The notes below the pieces were generated by a model. The model did no database searches and was not told the origin of the DNA. It worked only from the letters and a program-made list of their open reading frames with translations. Shown here piece after piece: positions 25,001 to 35,879 of a DNA stretch of 64,000 bases. Position numbers and translations under genes: made by a program. Source of the DNA: Balanoglossus misakiensis (lineage: Eukaryota > Animalia > Hemichordata); NCBI GenBank assembly GCA_040954595.2, contig CM082585.2, forward strand, positions 262,814 to 326,813. The letters run 5' to 3'. Within the stretch, counting starts at the first letter, position 1; every line of letters begins with the position of its first letter.

Positions 25001-25541
25001 CATTGGTCGGTACATGGTCAATTGAGTCGTCCACAATATAATCAGAAAGTAACCCAATTCTGGCGTTAAAATCGCCACCAAGTAAAGCCAGTGAGTCTGA
25101 ATAAAGAGAGCGAAAATCAGTTATAAGCGATTCCAGCGCTTCGAATTTATCGGACTTGTCATCAGGCTTAAAGTAGCAGCAGCCATAAAGAACATCTTTG
25201 TTAAAAGGAAAGATAGTTTTATCGAGATGAAGAAAAATGCTATTTTCAACAGAGCTATGAATTTCCTTTACTTTGTTTGCAAAATTTCGGTGAACGTAAA
25301 CAGCAGTTCCCCCACTCGGACGTCCTCTCTGGCTGCGTCTACAAGCTGGGAATTTAAAAGCGACATAGTCGGCTAAGAAATCAACACTGTCTGCCTTGCA
25401 ACAAAAAGTTTCTACGAGACCAATTATGTCAAAATTTTTACAAAATGAAAGGAAATCTGAATCTGAGGATTTAGCCTTTAAGCCTCTGATGTTCCAGAAC
25501 AAAAAGGAAATGTCATTTTTCTTTGGACCCTGGCCACGTCC
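22089..25541 (-). pseudogene. LINE ORF2 (APE, RT, Cys/His C-terminus) with premature stops and frameshifts
   Basis: FWNIRGL, GDFNAR, SDH, NYRGISLL, (stop 23745), FVDFSKAFD, (stop ~23421) GVRQGCILSP, YADD. Confidence 0.92.
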
Positions 25542-26547
25542 CTATGGTGGAGCGATGTGCGCCTTCACGACTTGCCCCGTTGATTCGTCGACTTTATAGG
25601 TGGTCTTCTGGCCGTTGGCTTCGGTATGAATCAGTTTGTCAAAACGGACGAGAGCTTTTGAACCAACGTGTTCGTCCAGCAAGATTCTGCGGTGAGCAAG
25701 CAATTTGGCGCGAATGGCACGTACCCTCTTCGTGAAATCCTCTCCGATACTGATACCGGAGTTGGCAAGTTTCCTTGTTTGGGGAAAGAATGAGAAATTT
25801 GTCTTTGAACTTTGAAAGCGTAGCTATGACCGGCCTAGCTCCGCGTATTGGCGGTGCATTGTTCAAACGACAACACCTGTCAAACACAATGTCTTCCGAA
25901 ATTTCCAGCTCGTTTTTCAACACATCTTTGACTTTCTTCTCAGCTTCTTCCCAGGTTTCATTTTCCTTTTCTTGTTCCAAACCGTAGAACAATAAATTGT
26001 TCCTTCGGCTTCTGTTCTCAAGATCATCCTTGTCACGTTTGATCTGTTCGTTGTCACGTTGTAGGCGGGCAATTGCTTCTTGAAATTCATCGAATGGTTT
26101 CTGTTTTGATTCCAGATCTAACATTCTTGCTCTGTTGTCGTCCAACAACTCTCTTAATTCACTCATTTCGTCCTCTATATTGTCCATTCGTGATTGTAAT
26201 CTGTCAAGTTTAGCGTTCATTGTCTTCGAATCCCGTAAAAGTCTATCAAGTTTGTGTACGATACCTTCGATATCTTTTTTGGTAGCAGAATCTTCTCCCG
26301 AACCCGTGCTCTGGTTACTGGAACGGAGGTTAGGACCCGGGTTTCTCTCTACACTCCCGCATGTTACAAGTAGACTGAAAAGGCAAAGCTTAATGGTCAG
26401 GGACATCTTGCAGTTCATCAGAGGTATGTGTAGGTCGGCCATCTTCGATAGCTTACGCTGACGTGTCGGGTCGCCGCCGGCAAAATTACCAATTTTCACT
26501 CGATACTGTTCTGTGGATATTCCCATTTCGCTACACGAACTTCTCAC
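25542..26547 (-). pseudogene. LINE ORF1: MGISTEQYRVKIG leader, 2A-like motif, coiled coil and L1-type RRM/CTD; one frameshift at ~25781-25784
   Basis: LLVTCGSVERNPGP; LENRSRRNNLLFYGL; after a 1-nt correction it reads ...ISIGEDFTKRVRAIRAKL...HIAPP-TAG (25544-25542). Confidence 0.82.
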
Positions 26548-28590
26548 TGGTGATTGTTGCCCCTGGACAGCTCAGGAGACCACCAAAGGAACTTGTTGAA
26601 GTCGTTTTCAGGTGAAGTTTACGGAGCTCAGTTTTACACGTCTGCACTGTGCGGTGTCCCCATTGTTCTCATCAAAATGATATAAAATGCATTTTCCTGT
26701 GCATACTGACCATTCCTTGCAATAAATAGATTAGTCAGCCAGTTTGCCAAACACAGTCTTCCCATCAATAAATCTTTGTGACTAATTGCCATGCTTACTT
26801 TTAATAACTGTAAATAGGTAAGTCCTTACCTGTAATCTCCATCAGTCTTTTCAAAATCCACCTTGAAGTATGTGATGAATCTGTTGAAGTCTACCAAAAC
26901 TTACGGCCAGATCTCTAGATGGATTGTGGTGATTGGTAAATAAATACCTGACCCTGACCAAGTCCATTAATGATTCACATCTGAGAAGGGGAAAATTTAA
27001 AAAAATCTTCCTATATTATTTTTGTATTGTTTACCTTTCATCAACTTGTCGATTGATACATGAAGCATCTGCTGGGTATCTCACAACTAATTCATTATGA
27101 AACTAGTCAGACAGTGGAACAAATGGAACCCAAAATAACCAAAGACCACAAGTTAAATTAAGGTAAATATTTCATAAATGCTGTATACCTTTCAGTATCA
27201 GTGCAGTCACAGGGACCATAATCTGTGATGTCAACTATCAAGTGAAGCAGCATGTGTATCTTAGGTTTCTTCAAAGTTGAAGGAAACACTTTCTTCACTT
27301 CACTGATCAGGTTATCAACCAATCCTTGCATTTCTCTGACATGTTGTTAGTCTACCTATATGCACAAGTACAAAAACCTATGTCAAGTGAAAGAAGAGAG
27401 GCGTCATAAAAATATAATTATTTTGATACTTTAACAAAGGGAAATTCTTCATAAAACATTTCCGATTTCACCATGAGAAATACACACACACAAGTATATA
27501 ATAGTTTTGCTTCAGATTTTCACAGCTCTACAGCCATAACCAGATACCCAAGTAACTTTATATACAATTAGTGAGACACTTGGCATTTTCAAAAAATGGG
27601 AGCTAAATATCAAACTTAAATGTAATCTCAGAGAAATGCAAGGATTTGTTGATAACCTGATCAGTGAAGTGAAGAAATGATAAAGTTAATGTTATAACCT
27701 ACCTCACTGATGAGGTGCCACAATCGTAGATACTCAGGTGGTACGTTAGAAGCCAGTATGAATGGTGCCACCTGGGCCCACAACTTGAAGTCCCTTCCGA
27801 TAAACGACTTGTGTTTGTATACAAATGATGGGGATAGAGTTCGTTTGAAAGCTGTCCAATCAAATACCTAACATAATAATGAAACTGGTCTGTAAATACA
27901 TATTGCCAATTAAACCATAATGTCAATTACAATATTGATTTATACACGGGCGATTGAATTGTCAGCACATTTACATGATGCACTAGCAAACACAATGGAC
28001 TTTGTTCCAGTATTGTAACATAGTATGAAAAAAACTTCTGATTCATCATTTAAAGAAAATTAAATACTAAATTATACTAAATTTCTTACCTTTAATTTGT
28101 GCTCTATTTCCAGTTTATCATTAGCTCCAATCACTTCAAATGTTAATTGGGTAAATATTTTTACTATTCCCAATTCAATTTTATGTAGTTTCTCAAAAGA
28201 GATCTAAAAGTAGAGTTGAAAACACATAAAGGTAATTAATATTTCAACTTGTAAGTTTACACTTACAATGACCTTGGATTTTTAAGAGGATGTGAACATT
28301 GGTATGTTATAAGTGGTCATCCATTGATGAAAACAAATGCTTACCTTACCACCAGTCATGTGTATAATGTAACCTACCTGCCATTATCAAATGATTCCAG
28401 TTCCATTAGTGGATTATAAGTGTCACTAATGCCATATTTAGTTCTCAGTTTCCTTTTCATCCTAGTATGAAAACAATTACACATTAAAATTTATGGAGCA
28501 CAATTTTTAAGATTAACAAAATACAAAACAGTACACCTAGTCTTGTACATTCATGCCCTGTGACATGCATTGGAACCTTCCTAATACTTA

Positions 28591-29405
28591 GGGACCGTTC
28601 AGTTTTTACGGCTGGGGGGGGGGGGTCGGCAAGTTTGAGTCATTGGTTTTCAAAATCAGGCCGACCCCCCCCCCTTCACCCAGCACCAAAATATGATGAC
28701 CCCCCCCCCCCCATGCTGAACACATTTGCCGTCCTGATACTATGTACACTGTATGCAATAAAGGGAATGAGGCTCCTCACACCTCAATTATAAATTTCTT
28801 ATAATAATATCGTTGCAATAAAGAAATCTATGAACAAAATAAAATGACAAGTCAATACAATACTTGCTAGAATTGGTAAAACAAGAAAAGTGGCGGGGGT
28901 GTGCGTGGGAGGGGTGTTCCCCTCCCGCATAAGACAATTTTGTAAAATACGGTGCTCAAAGTTGCATTTTAATGAACTCAAAAGCAAACTAACTCAATGT
29001 TACGCAGGACAAATTTTGATTTTGCCACCTCACTCAAAGTAAGAATAGGGGTGGGGTGGGAATAAGTCTGACATGGTACACATGGTCCCACATAAGAAAA
29101 TTTTGTAAAATATGTTGCTCAAAGTTGCATTTGTATGAACTCAAAAGCAAATTCATCTCAATATTTGGGAGGACCAATTTTACTTTTTGCCATTCCACTA
29201 AAAGTAAGAAGATTTGGCGTCATCTTCGTCATGACATCATTTATAAAGCTTCCAGCATATAGAAGATGGAGCATGAAACTATCAGTTATGCGAAATGGTT
29301 TAAACGATTATTCTCTTTTATGTATTACTTTGTTAAATATTATCATCAGTGGGGTTGGGGTGGCAAGCACTCTGCCCTGGTACACTAGACAAACCAGCAA
29401 AAATT
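28591..29405. mobile_element. MITE A, right-truncated copy
   Basis: Left TIR tta|gggaccgttcag; homology to 15929-16752 ends at aaccagcaaaaat. Confidence 0.85.
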
Positions 29406-29916
29406 TTCTCTAGGGTCTATGATTACATGTAGTATTTTCAAAACGAGTGGCTGTTTCCATTTCACCAAAGACAGTGCCATTGATTCAGCGCAATATCTTT
29501 GAAAGGACTTGTGTTTACCCCTCCACAAAATGAAAACAAAATAGCATCAAGGACACTGTGGTCCCATTTGAGGATTATGCAAAAACAGTGACACACCAGA
29601 ATAAAAATTAAAGGTGACATTGCAAGCAGATATGATCTTACGATATAGAAATATGGAATGTAAAAAAATTATCAAAGAACATGCCCAAAAAACTGTCATG
29701 TGTCATGGCAGTCTTACAACTGGTGGTAGAAAAAAAAATTGACCAAAAATTGTCTGGACAAACACGTATGAGAAGCAACTTCTTTCAGTCAGCCCTGGAA
29801 CAAACAGACAGACACACACTGACCTGCCACTGGTAATTAAAATTTAATAGCCGGTGGTCTCTGTAACAGCTGGCCTATTAAAGTTATGTAAACATGTCTA
29901 AGTTGGGGGTAACAAC

Positions 29917-30498
29917 TGTGACCGCCAAAGCTTTTCCGAAATATTCAAAAGTCGAGTTTCCATGTACGGGTCTTCGGTTTATTATCGATAAATCGATCGA
30001 CTGATCGCTGAATGCGATCGTACGAGACTGTACACAATAGTCGAAAGACTTCGACTCTGACTTTTGAATCTTTCTGAAAAGCTTTGGCGGTCACAGTAAA
30101 AACTCACTGGCGACTTGTAAAGCTTTGTGGTCGGGAAGTTTCGAAATACGAATGAAATATCGAAGGGTACGAAACGAGAGACGAGGGCGTACTTCACCGT
30201 CCCATAGCGAAGTCAAAAACACGAGGTGCAAATGTGTAGTGATATGACAATCGTAGATGGACTACTTGTAAAACTTTTGTGCGAAATATGGTTTGTCGAT
30301 GTGTTCACAATGACCTTCAAAGGTACACATAAAGTCACAACATCTTTCTCTGTGAAAATCAAAAGTCTGCAATATCGAAACTCGTAACAAAATATGGAAA
30401 TATTTTTCTGGAGTAAGGTTTTAAACAACAAACCGTTCGTGCATATCCCTCAATATTAAAATACGAAATTCTTTTGTTTTTGCATGGCTTCAGCCACA
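29917..30498 (-). repeat. 3' LTR (582 bp)
   Basis: Direct repeat of 34806-35208 over 30096-30498; internal inverted repeat 29917-29958 / 30052-30095. Confidence 0.9.
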
Positions 30499-30606
30499 CT
30501 CCCCCCTAAAATCACATTGATTTTACCTAATCGAAATACTGAAAACAACTACCTAATACGTCCAAGCTATTTCTCAGCTCTCCCGTGTCACTGAAAACAA
30601 CTTACC

Positions 30607-33600
30607 TTAGCATTTCTCTGCTTCAGGATTTTCTACCAATACAACAAGCTTATGAATAGGCCTTTCTAAAATTGTTGCCTTGTCTACATTCTTACCTTGT
30701 TTCGAGAGGTTGGGATCCCCCACAAGGATAGTGACTCTACGTATCAAACAACCATCATCGCGCAAAGTGTCTATCACTTTCGCAAGTCTCCACTGATTTC
30801 TCACAGCATCATCTTCCTTAAGAAGTACAATATCTCCAACTTCAAGGTTTCTCTTCGTTTCCTGCCACTTCTGTCTGGCCTGTAGATTCTGTAAGTATTC
30901 CTTACGCCATCTTGTCAAAAACTCGTTCGCAAGATATGAACAGAACACCATCCTTTCCTGGCATACAGATCTTCTCTGACGAAGTTGCCTGGCGGTGGCA
31001 AAATCACATCCGATTTCATAGTCAGCAGCTGATTTGGAGTAAGAGGCATCGGTCCAGTAGGGTCGTTCAAGTTCTCTGCTGATAAGGGTCGACTATTCAC
31101 AATCGCCATTGCTTCATACATGAGAGTACGAAGAGACAAACCGACCGTTATTGACGTTCCCAAACGCCTCCCATATGACTCGAGGAGGGTGAATTGAAAA
31201 CAAATTCACACTGTCATTTGGATAACACATCTTTGATTCTTCCTTCATCGAGAGCTTGCAATCCAAGCTGAAGCTCATTCCTGGCTCCTACAAAATTGGA
31301 TCCCCGATCACAACGCAAGTGTCGTACGGGGCCTCTGATAGCGATGAATGTGCGAAGCGAATTCAGAAATGCATCGGTTGACATTTCTTCGACAACCTCT
31401 ATGTGTATGGCTCGAAGCGCTAGGCAGGTGAAAATGACACCATATCGTTTCACATCACTGCGACGTTCCTTGACGACGAAAGGTCCAAAGCAGTCCATTC
31501 CACAATAGGTAAATGGCGGCGATGGCTCGAGATGATCTTTGGGCAAATCTGCCATTCTCTGTGTGTTGGCTTTGCCTCTGAGTTTCCTACACTGAACACA
31601 CTTGTGTATATACGAAGCGACTGCTGCATTGCAGTTGATAATCCAGAATCCACACGATCTGAGTTTGTTCACTGTAATACCACGTCCCTGGTGGGCCACT
31701 TGCTCATGACACCATCTGATAAGCAGTGTAGTCACGTGACTCTTTCGAGGTAGAATAATAGGGTGCTTGACATAGTCAGGCATGGAGGATCTACTCAGTC
31801 TGCTTCCAACTCTGAGTATCTGCTGATCATCTAGGTATGGGTTCAATGGGTACAGGTGACTGTTACGTTTCACTATCGAGGGTTCACTATCTTCTGACGT
31901 GCGAGATTTCAATGACTCTATTTCTTCTTTGAAAGCTTCCTGTTGGGCCCATGCCACGATGGCCATGGTAGCTCTCTGTCTTGTTCCTCCGGAAGCGATT
32001 TCCTTTCGCTTTCCCTTCCCTTCCCGGATACATAGCGATACAAGGTGGCGAATGCTCCTACAACCTTGTTCCAATCGGAAAATCGCTCTACACGATGTAA
32101 CATGGATGACGTTGCAGTCGAGGAAGTCATCAATGTTCTGGTATTCTTTACCTCGGGGTCATCTGCTGACACCTGTGCGTCTACCCGAGTGGACAGAGGA
32201 AGCTCTTTGTCCCACAAAAAGGCAGGACCTCTAAACAAATTGGATTTCATCAGTCCATCAACGCCGAGTCCACGAGATGCATGATCTGCAGGGTTTTCCT
32301 CAGTGTGGACAAAGTGCCACTGCTCTGGCTGAGATGATTCTTTAATTCTTTGTATACGATTCGCAACATATATGTGGAAGCGACGAACATCATTTCCTAT
32401 GTAGCCGAGTACCACTTTCGACTCTGTCCAGTAGAAGTTCTCCATCAATGGGTAATCCAACTCTTTGTTCAGTAGATTGCTGACCTGTATAGAAACAACA
32501 GCAGCTTGTAGTTCCAATCGGGGAACAGTAATGGGTTTCAAAGGGGCGACTCTAGCCTTTCCCATCACGAGCGAACAATGAATATTATCTAGACTGTCGA
32601 CTAGTCTGATATACGAACACTGACCATAACCTGTCAGGCTGGCATCCGAGAAATGGTGAAGCTCAACTTTCTTCACTGGTCTGAAATGTTGCGGCTTGAA
32701 GCATCTTCTTATCTTCAAGTCGTCTAGCTTGGGCAACTCAGCAAGCCATGATTCCGACCTCGCACGTAAATCGTCTGGCAAGGGATCATCCCAATCGGTT
32801 CCTTTCTTGCACATCTCTTGCAAGATCCGTTTTCCTCGAAGTACGAAAGGTGCGAGAAATCCGAGAGGATCGAAAACAGATGCTTCTGCCGAAAGTATTC
32901 CACAACGAGAAGGCGAGTGCATCTTGATGATAGGCGAAAAATGGAACAATGTCTGACTCAACGCGCCACTCGATTCCAAGTGCTCTTTCCATTGGTAGCT
33001 CACTGAACGACAAATCCAAATCCTTGACGTTTTTGGCACGCTATGAAATAGGGACAGATTCCATCGTAGTTCTGTCATTCGATATGAACTTGTGCAGACG
33101 TAAATTTCCTTCTGCGCAAAGGTTGCGGACATCCTGTATAAGTTGGACAGCCTCTGATGCCGTCTCGAGACTATGGAGACCATCATCAACATAGAAATTC
33201 TTTGCGACGAAGTCTACAGCGCTCTTTCCGTGCTGTGGGTTGTCCTTGGCCACTTGTCGAAGACCGTAGTTTGCGCATCCTGGTGAGGACACAGCGCCGA
33301 ATAGGTGAACGTTCATCCTGTAGGTAACTGGTTCGTAGTCGACATTACCATCTCTCCACCAAAGAAATCGGAGATAGTTTCTGTCATCTTTCTTGACTCT
33401 AAATCTGTGGAACATATGCTCGATGTCACACATGACTGCGATGTTCTCTATGCGAAAACGACAAAGTACACCAATGAGGGAATTTATCTGATCCGGTCCC
33501 TGCAACAAATGATCGTTGAGGCTCGTTCCCTTGAACCTCGCACTACAATCGAACACGACACGAATCTTGTCGGTTTTTTTAGGGTGATACACCCCATGGT

Positions 33601-34669
33601 GTGGAATATACCACATTGATCCATCATCTATATTCTGGTCGTCGACCAGTTCCGCATCTCCTGTCGCAATAATGTCTTCCATGACGTTTCTGTAGTCGTT
33701 CAGATACTTTGGGTTTGACTTGAAGCGCCTTTTCAAGTACTGAAGTCTCTGCTGCGCTATACATCTGTTGTTTGGGAGCGCTGGTTTATCCTGTCTGAAT
33801 GGAAGTGGCATTGTATAGAATCCATCTGGTTCTTTTGAAATACCATTTTCCATGATCTTTAAAAATCGAATGTCGTCCTGAGACATGGCGGTTTCTTCAA
33901 CTCTTTGTTCGTTGAAGTCCGATTCGAGAATTCTCACCACGTCCAAAGGGTTGAGGACTTGCTCCTTGGCTGAAGTCTTAAAGGCATAACGAACTGCCGA
34001 CGAATGAGACTCTTCCATACGAAGTCTCTGTTGACTGTCTACACCTGGTTGTAGACCGTCTGGTATCACCTTTGTAAGTACTCTATGGGTAAAACTGAAG
34101 ACATCTTCCCTTTCATCTCGATGTGTAAGATGTCCGACGATGCTCCATCCTAAGTCTGTCTCTACTGCGAATGGCTGATTTCCACTGCCTGTGACACAGC
34201 TACGAGGTGCTAGGGCTTGAGGACAATCATAACCTATCAACAGACCAACTTCACATTTCTGTTGAGGATGAATATAAGTAGCGATTTCTCTAAGATGAGG
34301 CCACCCATTGGCCATATCACGAGTCAGAATGTGCGATTTTTCCACTGGAATGTAATCAAGCGAATACGTAGTGGGCAACGGAACTATTTTGTCACAGTCA
34401 AACCCGCGAACTCTGAGTTTGCGATATTTGTGACAGGCAACAACCTTGTTGCTCATTGTCATGGTTGTCATACGAAGGTTTGCTGGCTCAGATGCTGTGT
34501 GTAGCTGTTCAGCGACATGATCCAACACGAAAGTAGTATCTGACTGTGTGTCCAACAGCGCGTACACTAGAATCTCTCTGTTCGGTTCTTTGTATCCAGA
34601 AATCCACACTGGAATGATCATCGACGAAATAGACTTTCCCCGTGGGCAAGTCACACCATAGCAGTCTGC
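30607..34669 (-). pseudogene. pol: BEL/Pao pol: aspartic protease, RT, RNase H, integrase and C-terminal DUF5641-like domain; several stops, frameshifts and deletions
   Basis: ALLDTQS; KIRVVFDCSA, NFYVDD; LHHFSDAS, TVPRLELQAA, ENPADHASRG; H..H/C..C, MDCFGP, RCDRGSNF; WRKEYL...LERPIHKLV. Confidence 0.93.
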
Positions 34670-35208
34670 TTTCGACTATTGTGTACAGTCTCGTACGATC
34701 GCATTCAGCGATCACTCGATCGATTTATCGATAATAAACAGAAGACCCATACATGGAAACTCGACTCTGACTTTTGAATATTTCGGAAAAGCTTTGGCGG
34801 TCACAGTAAAAACTTGCTGGCGACTTGTAAAGCCTTGTGGTCGGGAAGTTTTGAAATACGAATGAAATATCGAAGGGTACGAAACGAGAGACGAGGGTGT
34901 ACTTCACCGTCCCATAGCGAAATCGAAAACACGAGGTGCAAATGTGTAGTGATATGTCATTCGTAGATGGACTACTTGTAAAACTTTTGTGCGAAATATG
35001 GTTTGTCGATGTGTTCACAATGACCTTCAAAGGTACACATAAAGTCACAACATCTTTCATCGTGAAAATCAAAAGTCTGCAATATCGAAACTCGTAACAA
35101 AATATGGAACTATTTTTATGGAGTAAGATTTTAAACAACAAACCGTTCGTGCATATCCCTCAATATTAAAATACGAAATTATTTTGTTTTTGCATGGCTT
35201 CAGCCACA
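34670..35208 (-). repeat. 5' LTR, inner end deleted and fused to the protease region
   Basis: Matches the 3' LTR with scattered mismatches; 34670-34805 is the reverse complement of 29917-30048. Confidence 0.88.
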
Positions 35209-35879
35209 ACAACACCTTGTAAACAGTAACTTTCAAAACAACTGGACAATTTAGGAGAAGATTTGCTAACCAAAAACAAAGAAACTTACAAAAAATTCGC
35301 TAAATATTGAATATTTCTGATATCAGAATTGAATAAAAGTTGCACATATTCATGTATGTGTAAATTTCAAAGCAATCAGAGAAAAAAAACAATATCAAAG
35401 CAATCCAACAAGCAGTTTCACAGAAAATATTTGTTAAAAAGTGGCAAAAACACAAATATGCAAGTATCATTGTACAATATCTTACTTCAATCACTACAAG
35501 GAACATGCCTGCCAAAGTTCAATGCAATATGACAAGCGGTTTCAGAGAAAACAATTTTTAACAAAAATTGCAAAAGTTTCCCCGATAACACATTTATGCA
35601 AATATCACATTTTTTTACAACATATTACTTGGGTTAGGTCAAAGGTCACCGTTTTAGCAGTGCATTATTGAGTTTTTTATCATCGCTGGATTGAGCTCTC
35701 GTCCAATCAGAATTGTGGACAGTAGCATGATATAATATAATTAGTGAATAACCTTATATTATCATATTTAGCCTGCATGAGGGATGTTGATCTCTGACCA
35801 TAATATTGATGAAATAGAAATGTCAGAACATATAGTGCACCCATATCCTTTTCCATTAATTGTTATGCAATTGCATTAC

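Larger units (their letters stand above)
21947..26670 (-). mobile_element. Full-length but decayed RTE-X-like LINE
   Basis: 14-bp TSD atcaaaatgatata (21933-21946, 26671-26684), confirmed by the single-copy empty site in unit 2. AATAAA followed by an (ATT)n tail. ORF1 and APE-RT ORF2 end in RFRCSSLPLAIEEGR..RFCKLC..IEDEYHFLLIC. Confidence 0.9.
20809..28461 (-). pseudogene. C-terminal half of the same transposase (copy 1); one intron holds the RTE-X LINE
   Basis: Exons 28461-28378 (LRTKYGISDTYNPL), 28203-28090 (FEKLHKIELGIVK), 27867-27703 (SFIGRDFKLWAQVAPFIL..W), 27355-27189 (KPKIHMLLHL..YGP..TER, one stop), 26980-26830 (CESL..NPSRDLA..QGG), 21704-21600 (PELQKFLYG), and further candidate exons at ~21213-21147 and ~20916-20809. 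Confidence 0.75.
19784..29421. repeat. Tandem segmental duplication, unit 1 (~4.9-kb core plus RTE-X insertion)
   Basis: attacatgtagtatt..aaaacgagtggctg starts at 19784, 29422 and 42562; units are colinear once insertions are removed. Confidence 0.92.
29917..35208 (-). mobile_element. BEL/Pao LTR retrotransposon with PBS and gag deleted and pol decayed
   Basis: TG...CA ends; 5-bp TSD acaac (29912-29916, 35209-35213) with the empty site at 20272-20276. Polypurine tract aggggggag at 30499-30507 on the minus strand. PR-RT-RH-IN order. Confidence 0.95.

Noticed and set aside
27699-27926. Listed 75-aa ORF (also 37870-38097)
   Set aside because: Wrong frame; the meaningful reading is the transposase exon 27867-27703 (SFIGRDFK).
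29982-30431. ORFs inside the LTRs (also 34725-35141)
   Set aside because: Not conserved in frame between the two LTRs; no protein motifs.
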